A DNA stretch of 64,000 bases from Candidatus Magasanikbacteria bacterium RIFCSPHIGHO2_02_FULL_48_18. GTDB taxonomy: Bacteria; Patescibacteriota; Patescibacteriia; Magasanikbacterales; UBA922. The stretch spans positions 18,151 to 82,150 of the forward strand of contig MFQC01000003.1 of the NCBI GenBank assembly GCA_001784285.1, in the 5' to 3' direction. The notes beneath the pieces are model-generated. The model did not search any database. It was given only the letters and a program-made list of their open reading frames with translations, and was not told where the DNA came from. The first letter of the stretch is position 1. Every line of letters begins with the position of its first letter. A program made the translations under genes and the position numbers. Shown one piece after another: positions 58,583-64,000 of this stretch.

Positions 58583-59936
58583 ATATATCAAAAGGATATA
58601 TTTTGCACAAGGTCTTCACTTCTTCAGCTATTTTTTGAATTTTTTCTGACTGTCGCACATGTGTTTCAAATGATTCAAAATCGAGCGCATTCCAGGGTTG
58701 CGTTATATCCATAACGCGATTCATCCATTCGGCTATCGTTGTCATTTCTTTTTCTTTCATGCCTCGCGTGGTAACGGAGGGCGTGCCAATACGGAGCGCC
58801 GATGGGTCGGCAGGAGAGCGCGTTTCCTGCGGCATGGTGTTCATATTGGCAATAATACCGGCATAATCCAGCGCGCGGGCGTATTTTTTTCCAAACACTT
58901 GTTTGTTGGTAAGGTCAATGAGCACGAGATGTTTGTCTGTTCCGCCTGAAATAATGTGGAAATCATAGGTGAAAAGCGCGGCGGCAAGCGCGCGCGCATT
59001 TTGCACGATTTGTTCCGCATAGGTCCGAAATGCCGGCGTCATTGCTTCTCTCAGGCCGACAGCAATGCCGGCAATACTGTGATTGTGCGGCCCTCCCTGG
59101 AGACCCGGGAAAATGGCCCGATCAATTTTTTTCATGCATTCTTTTTTGCTGAGGATAATCGCGCCGCGATTGCAACGGAGCGTTTTATGGGTTGTTAATG
59201 TAACGACATCAGCGATTCCGACCGGAGACTGATTGACGCCTGCCGCGACAAGACCCGCCTCATGGGCAATGTCAGCGAGATAATACGCGCCGACACCCTT
59301 TGCGATTGCTGACATTTTTTGGTAGTCAATTTCTCTGGGGTAGGCAGTGCCGCCGGTAATAAGCAATTTGGGTTTGTGTTTTTGGGCGATTTTTTCTATT
59401 TCCGCGTAGTCAAACTGCTGGGTATTTGGATTGGTTTTATACTGGACCACATGCCAAAAGCGAGAGGTAATGTTGACTTTCCGCGATCCTCCGGTATACA
59501 CTAAGTTGTTTGGATCTTGTATTTCCTCTGGCTCATACGACCAGCCATGAGACAGATGCCCGCCGTCCGGAAGGTACATGCCCATAACCGTGTCTCCTGG
59601 CTCCAAAAGTCCAAGATAGACCGCAAGATTTGCCGCGCTCCCTGATAATGCTTGGACATTAACAGCCCAATCGTTTGGCAAGTGGAACGCTTGTTTAACA
59701 CGTTCTATTGTTAATGTTTCGAGCTCATCAATAAAATAATTTCCTTCATAATAGCGCTTGCCCGGGTATCCTTCGGAATATTTATTCATAAAAACAGACC
59801 CCACTGCTTCTTGGATCGCTTTCGAGGCAAAATTTTCCGATGGAATCAAGGTAATTTTTTCTTGTTGTTTCGTTTCTTCTTTTTTGAGAATAGCGTACAG
59901 TTCAGGGTCTTCTTGTTGGAGATCTGGTTTTTCCAT
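58581..59936 (-). CDS. glyA: Serine hydroxymethyltransferase
   Basis: LIPSEN, NKYSEGYPGKRYY, GGHLSHG, TTHKTLR, FPGLQGGP. Confidence 0.97.
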   Translation of the reverse strand: MEKPDLQQEDPELYAILKKEETKQQEKITLIPSENFASKAIQEAVGSVFMNKYSEGYPGKRYYEGNYFIDELETLTIERVKQAFHLPNDWAVNVQALSGSAANLAVYLGLLEPGDTVMGMYLPDGGHLSHGWSYEPEEIQDPNNLVYTGGSRKVNITSRFWHVVQYKTNPNTQQFDYAEIEKIAQKHKPKLLITGGTAYPREIDYQKMSAIAKGVGAYYLADIAHEAGLVAAGVNQSPVGIADVVTLTTHKTLRCNRGAIILSKKECMKKIDRAIFPGLQGGPHNHSIAGIAVGLREAMTPAFRTYAEQIVQNARALAAALFTYDFHIISGGTDKHLVLIDLTNKQVFGKKYARALDYAGIIANMNTMPQETRSPADPSALRIGTPSVTTRGMKEKEMTTIAEWMNRVMDITQPWNALDFESFETHVRQSEKIQKIAEEVKTLCKIYPFDI

Positions 59937-59974
59937 AGGTTGTTCTACTTATTTAAACTCCAAATATTCAAAAA

Positions 59975-60388
59975 TCATACGTGTTTTCCCTGCTTGTATT
60001 TTTCAATAATCGTGAAGACATTTGGAGCGGAATTCGGTGGCAGATTATTGATATCATACCAACCCCATTCAATAATTTCTTTGCCCGGGCGAACCTCGCC
60101 AATGCGGTTGGCGAGATAATGGACAAGAATCACCAGGCGATCTTCTTTTTCTACTTGTCGAGCGAGCAGGGTGTCGAGCGGTTTGATGATCTCGATATCA
60201 ATGCCCATTTCTTCTCTGGCTTCTCGTCTGCACGTCTCTTCAAGAGAAATGGAAAAATCTTCCACTTTTCCTCCGGGAAACATAAAGAGTGTTTCGCCGT
60301 ATGGTTTTTTTTCTCTGTTGAGCAAGACTTTTCCATTTTCCACAATGACCGGTCCGGAAGCGATAATTGTCTCAGGGGGTAAAAACAT
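59975..60388 (-). CDS. NUDIX hydrolase
   Basis: Nudix box PGGKVE..LEETCRREAREEMG. Confidence 0.92.
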   Translation of the reverse strand: MFLPPETIIASGPVIVENGKVLLNREKKPYGETLFMFPGGKVEDFSISLEETCRREAREEMGIDIEIIKPLDTLLARQVEKEDRLVILVHYLANRIGEVRPGKEIIEWGWYDINNLPPNSAPNVFTIIEKYKQGKHV

Positions 60389-60449
60389 ATTTGGTTATTT
60401 TTCTATTTTCAAGTATTCTATAGTGGTATGATAGCACCCTCCTCAAAAT

Positions 60450-61691
60450 ATGACAAATAGAAAAAAGGCTGAAAAACATCCTTTTCAACCGCTGGCATAC
60501 CGCATCCGTCCGACCAGATTTGAAGACGTTTTCGGCCAGGAAAAAATTATAGGCAAGGGCACTCTTTTGCGCAGGCTTATTGATCGCAATGAAATTCGTT
60601 CGATTATTTTTTGGGGTCCGCCGGGCGTGGGAAAAACCACGCTTGCGCACATTATTGCCAATGAACTCGATGCCGAGTGCGTCACCATTTCCGCGGTCAT
60701 GAGCGGCAAAGAAGAGTTGCGCTATATTATTGAAAAGGCGCGGAATTTTTTGGATACGCAAAAACGGAGAACTATTTTATTTATTGATGAAATTCATCGA
60801 TGGAATAAAGCGCAACAGGATGCTCTGCTTCCTCATGTGGAGCAGGGGACGGTTTTATTGATTGGGGCAACGACGGAAAATCCGTCGTTTGAAATTATTG
60901 GCGCGTTTCTCTCTCGTTCTCAGGTATTTATTTTACAATCTCTTACTGAAGAGAATATTGTTTCCATTCTAAGACGAGCTCTTTCTGACACAGAAAAAGG
61001 GTTTGGCGATCATACCATAGATATATCAGATGAGTGTCTTGTTATAGCCGCAGGGTTGTCCGGCGGCGACGCGCGCGCAGCACTGAACGCGCTTGAATGC
61101 GCGGTATTGGCAAAATCAAATCAAAAAAAAAGAGTACAGATTACAAAAGAGGATATACGAGAAGCCTTTCAGCGAATACATGTGGTGTTCGATAAAAATG
61201 GGGAAGAATTTTACAATGCTATTTCAGCACTGCATAAATCAATGCGCGGGTCAGACCCAAACGCCGCGTTATATTGGCTCGCCCGCATGCTTGAGGGCGG
61301 AGCGGATCCGCTGTATGTTGCTCGCCGGGTGCTTCGGTTTGCTTCAGAAGATATCGGCATGGCAAACAGCGAAGCCTTGGTACAGGCGCAGGCAGCCTAT
61401 ATGGCGTGTCACGAAATTGGCATGCCCGAGTGTACCGTGCATTTGGCCCAAGCGGTTGTCTATTGCGCCAAATCAAAAAAATCCAATGTGTTGTATACTG
61501 CGTATGGCAAAGCCGCGAAAGACGCACGCGAAACATCACATCTTGGAGTGCCGCTTCATTTACGAAACGCGCCAACCACATTTATGAAACATATCGGGTA
61601 TGGAAAAGAATACAAGTACAACCCCGATTATGATGGTCCGGTGGAACAAGAATATTTCCCGGAGGAGTTGAAAGGGAGGAAGTACTTTTAA
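60450..61691 (+). CDS. rarA: Replication-associated recombination protein A
   Basis: PLAYRIRP, WGPPGVGKTT, DEIHR, ATTENPSF, SALHKSMRGSD, ASEDIG. Confidence 0.96.
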   Translation: MTNRKKAEKHPFQPLAYRIRPTRFEDVFGQEKIIGKGTLLRRLIDRNEIRSIIFWGPPGVGKTTLAHIIANELDAECVTISAVMSGKEELRYIIEKARNFLDTQKRRTILFIDEIHRWNKAQQDALLPHVEQGTVLLIGATTENPSFEIIGAFLSRSQVFILQSLTEENIVSILRRALSDTEKGFGDHTIDISDECLVIAAGLSGGDARAALNALECAVLAKSNQKKRVQITKEDIREAFQRIHVVFDKNGEEFYNAISALHKSMRGSDPNAALYWLARMLEGGADPLYVARRVLRFASEDIGMANSEALVQAQAAYMACHEIGMPECTVHLAQAVVYCAKSKKSNVLYTAYGKAAKDARETSHLGVPLHLRNAPTTFMKHIGYGKEYKYNPDYDGPVEQEYFPEELKGRKYF

Positions 61692-61704
61692 ATTTATTAT
61701 TGTT

Positions 61705-62598
61705 ATGCTCTGGGTTTTCTTTGCGCTTCTTGCCCACGTGTGTTGGGGCATGGTGAATGTGACGGACAAATATATTCTTGAAAAACACATACGAAATCCG
61801 TATGTGTATATTGTGTGGCTTTCTCTCTTGGGAATTTTTGGCGCTATTATTCTTTTTCCATTTATTGATTTTTCTTTTCCTTCTTTTCAATATACGCTTT
61901 TGCTTTTCGCCGCGAGCATTTGTTATTTTTTTGGCGGCTTTCCGTATATCAAAGCCATGTCCATGGAAGAAGCAAGCCGTATCAACATTTGGTGGGGGCT
62001 TATTCCTATTTTTTCTCTGTTTTTTTCTTTTATTTTTGTTGGCCAGCGTTTTTCCCAAAATGAATATATTGGGTTTGTCTTTCTTATGCTCGGCGCTGTG
62101 TTTGCGTCAGTGCATCTGAAAAAATCAGCGGTTTCTTTTTCCCGAGCAGTCTGGTATATGGCCCTGGCCGGCGTGTCCTTTGCGCTCTATGCGGTTATAT
62201 TTGATTATGTCACCCGGCGGGTGCCATTTACCATCGCCTATATTTTGGTGACTATATTTTCTTTTTGTTTTGCATTTTCAACATTGTCTTTTCCCAAATT
62301 CCGTCAGCAGTTTTTTGATCACCTTTATGCATTAAAAAGAAAACCGCGGTATGTTATTGTGATCAATAGTTTTTTTGAACAGTTGGGAATATTTTTTAAC
62401 CAATGGGCAATTTTTTTAGGGGTTGCCGCGCTGGTTTTTGCCATGGAAGGATTTCAATTTTTATTTGTTTTTGGTCTCACATCAGGATTTTCTTTATTTT
62501 TTCCGTCAATTATTAAGGAACAAATAAATTTTGGAAATGTCGTTATGAAAATTCTTGCATTGCTCTCTATGGTGTTTGGGATTTTGTTTGTGGTGTAG
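61705..62598 (+). CDS. EamA/DMT family transporter
   Basis: About ten TM segments in two repeats; EEASR..PIFS. Confidence 0.8.
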   Translation: MLWVFFALLAHVCWGMVNVTDKYILEKHIRNPYVYIVWLSLLGIFGAIILFPFIDFSFPSFQYTLLLFAASICYFFGGFPYIKAMSMEEASRINIWWGLIPIFSLFFSFIFVGQRFSQNEYIGFVFLMLGAVFASVHLKKSAVSFSRAVWYMALAGVSFALYAVIFDYVTRRVPFTIAYILVTIFSFCFAFSTLSFPKFRQQFFDHLYALKRKPRYVIVINSFFEQLGIFFNQWAIFLGVAALVFAMEGFQFLFVFGLTSGFSLFFPSIIKEQINFGNVVMKILALLSMVFGILFVV

Positions 62599-62611
62599 TA
62601 TTTTTGTATTT

Positions 62612-62866
62612 TTATTTGCGTATAGCCGCCGGTCCCGGCTTTGATTCACCACAATTGATACAGCGCTGTTCTCCGTCGCTTGTAACATATTCATGCCCTC
62701 CATCTTGTGTGCACGGGGGTTGAAATTCAGACGAATCCCGATTTGGACCGCGGTCAATTTGTGAGGCAGTTTCTCCCCCTGATTTTCCACAATTAACACA
62801 TATACCATGTTCATTGATATATTCATGAACACCAATATCGCAAGGATTTATTTCTTGTTCTGACAT
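62612..62866 (-). CDS. Small protein with two C-x4/5-H...C-x2-C putative zinc-binding repeats
   Basis: PCDIGVHEY..CVNCG and PCTQDGGHEY..CINCG; start MSEQE at 62866. Confidence 0.75.
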   Translation of the reverse strand: MSEQEINPCDIGVHEYINEHGICVNCGKSGGETASQIDRGPNRDSSEFQPPCTQDGGHEYVTSDGEQRCINCGESKPGPAAIRK

Positions 62867-62880
62867 AAAAAATGCGTTCG

Positions 62881-64000
62881 TTAAGATAAGGTTTTTTTGA
62901 ATACTAAGGTTTTCTGTATGCATTTTACCATATATGTTCCAGATTTGCGATATCCCAATTTTCGATAATACGTCCGAACGCCAACACCGGAAATAATGGT
63001 GACAGTGGCTATTCCCTGCAATGCGACAATTTTTTCAGCTTTTTTCACGAGTTTTGTACCTAGGCCTCGGTGTTGGGTCGCGTTTTTTTTTCGTTGTCCG
63101 ACACGCATCATTTGTCCATACACATGGAGTTCTCGAATAAATGCGGCACTACGAATTTCGGGGAGTAATTCAAAGAGACGTTTTTTTTGTTTTTTTTCAT
63201 TCATACTGTCGTCAGGAATGCGGAGCCGCAAAAAACCAAAGACCGCGATTCGGTTTGGATCTTCAAAGCTGATAAAATATTCGGTCCCGCCGCGCGTCTT
63301 GTATTGGTCAACAAACAATACGGGTTTGGTATCCGCGGGAATATATTTTTTCTGCCGTCCAATTTCTCTACAGCGCAAACAGACGCAGTGTTCTCCTTTT
63401 TTGCGCAGTGTCTGTTCCAAGGCTTCACGAAGGTTGGTAATCGCATTTCCTGCGGCAATTTCGGTTGCGGGAATATCGCGGATAATGCGTGAAATTCGGC
63501 AGTAACGCGGCGTGGCGCGTTTCATGTCAAGAAGCGCTCGAAAAAGTCCTTCTCCTCCGTACGGCGCATACGAACCATCTTTATACCATTGGTATAATTC
63601 CGCGCTTGGGATAACGGTGCACGGGTATATTTTCACCATGTCCGGGCAAAGTCCGGTATCTTCAAAAAGTGATCGGTACATGGCCACATCGTGTTCCGGG
63701 GTTGTCCCCGGAAGATCGGGCATCATGTGGAGATCAACTTTAAACCCTGCCGAACGCAGGAGATATATTGCTTGTCGGCATTGTTCTACCGTGTGTCCGC
63801 GATTGATAAGAGAAAGAATGGCGTCATCCGCCGCCTGAAGCCCTAATTCTACTCGCGTGCAGCCTTGCTGACGCATGTAAAAAATACTTTTTGGTGATAC
63901 AGCGTCGGGCCGTGTTTCAAGTGTTAGTCCAATGATTTTATATGTAGCTCTTTTATCATTGTATTCTTGCTCTTCTGCCAATTCTTTTTGAAGTGTTTTT
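62881..64000 (-). CDS. elp3: Elp3 tRNA uridine(34) acetyltransferase (radical SAM + GNAT); 5' part outside the window
   Basis: GLTLETRPD, TRVELG.Q, RGH, HMMPDLP, KIYP, RIIRDIP, CREIG, IRELHVYG, QHRGLG, ISGVGVR.YYRKLGY; frame stays open to the window edge. Confidence 0.93.
   Translation of the reverse strand, partial: KTLQKELAEEQEYNDKRATYKIIGLTLETRPDAVSPKSIFYMRQQGCTRVELGLQAADDAILSLINRGHTVEQCRQAIYLLRSAGFKVDLHMMPDLPGTTPEHDVAMYRSLFEDTGLCPDMVKIYPCTVIPSAELYQWYKDGSYAPYGGEGLFRALLDMKRATPRYCRISRIIRDIPATEIAAGNAITNLREALEQTLRKKGEHCVCLRCREIGRQKKYIPADTKPVLFVDQYKTRGGTEYFISFEDPNRIAVFGFLRLRIPDDSMNEKKQKKRLFELLPEIRSAAFIRELHVYGQMMRVGQRKKNATQHRGLGTKLVKKAEKIVALQGIATVTIISGVGVRTYYRKLGYRKSGTYMVKCIQKTLVFKKTLS

Overview
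Gene-dense housekeeping window, most likely from a Patescibacteria/CPR bacterium (inferred, possibly ABY1 class). The inference rests on the lack of Shine-Dalgarno motifs, T-rich short leaders, archaeal-type PyrH, Elp3, a Translin homologue, LeuRS with inserted domains and DxDxDG surface proteins. Standard genetic code. It contains a truncated multidomain D,D-carboxypeptidase, rsmI-metG-cvpA-tatD, a complete F1Fo ATP synthase operon, transporters (ArsB/NhaD + CBS, ABC, P-type ATPase, H+-PPase), cell envelope and division genes (ftsW, murG, murE, ftsB-like, ftsI, LTA-synthase-like, L,D-transpeptidase), three tRNAs, hup, rny, truB, infB, trxA, gdhA, leuS, split comEC, mutY, pyrH, cls-like, tsaE, glyA, rarA and partial elp3. 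No CRISPR array, transposase, integrase or prophage module was seen. The most notable signals are: (1) an unidentified ~200-nt GC-rich multi-stem RNA with a possible pseudoknot next to truB; (2) a second ~230-nt rod-like structured RNA upstream of rny; (3) a Translin/TRAX (C3PO) nuclease homologue inside a cell-division gene run; (4) a whole alpha/beta hydrolase inserted into LeuRS; (5) short heptamer and palindromic repeats inside coding sequences. All calls were made by eye from motifs, without database searches.
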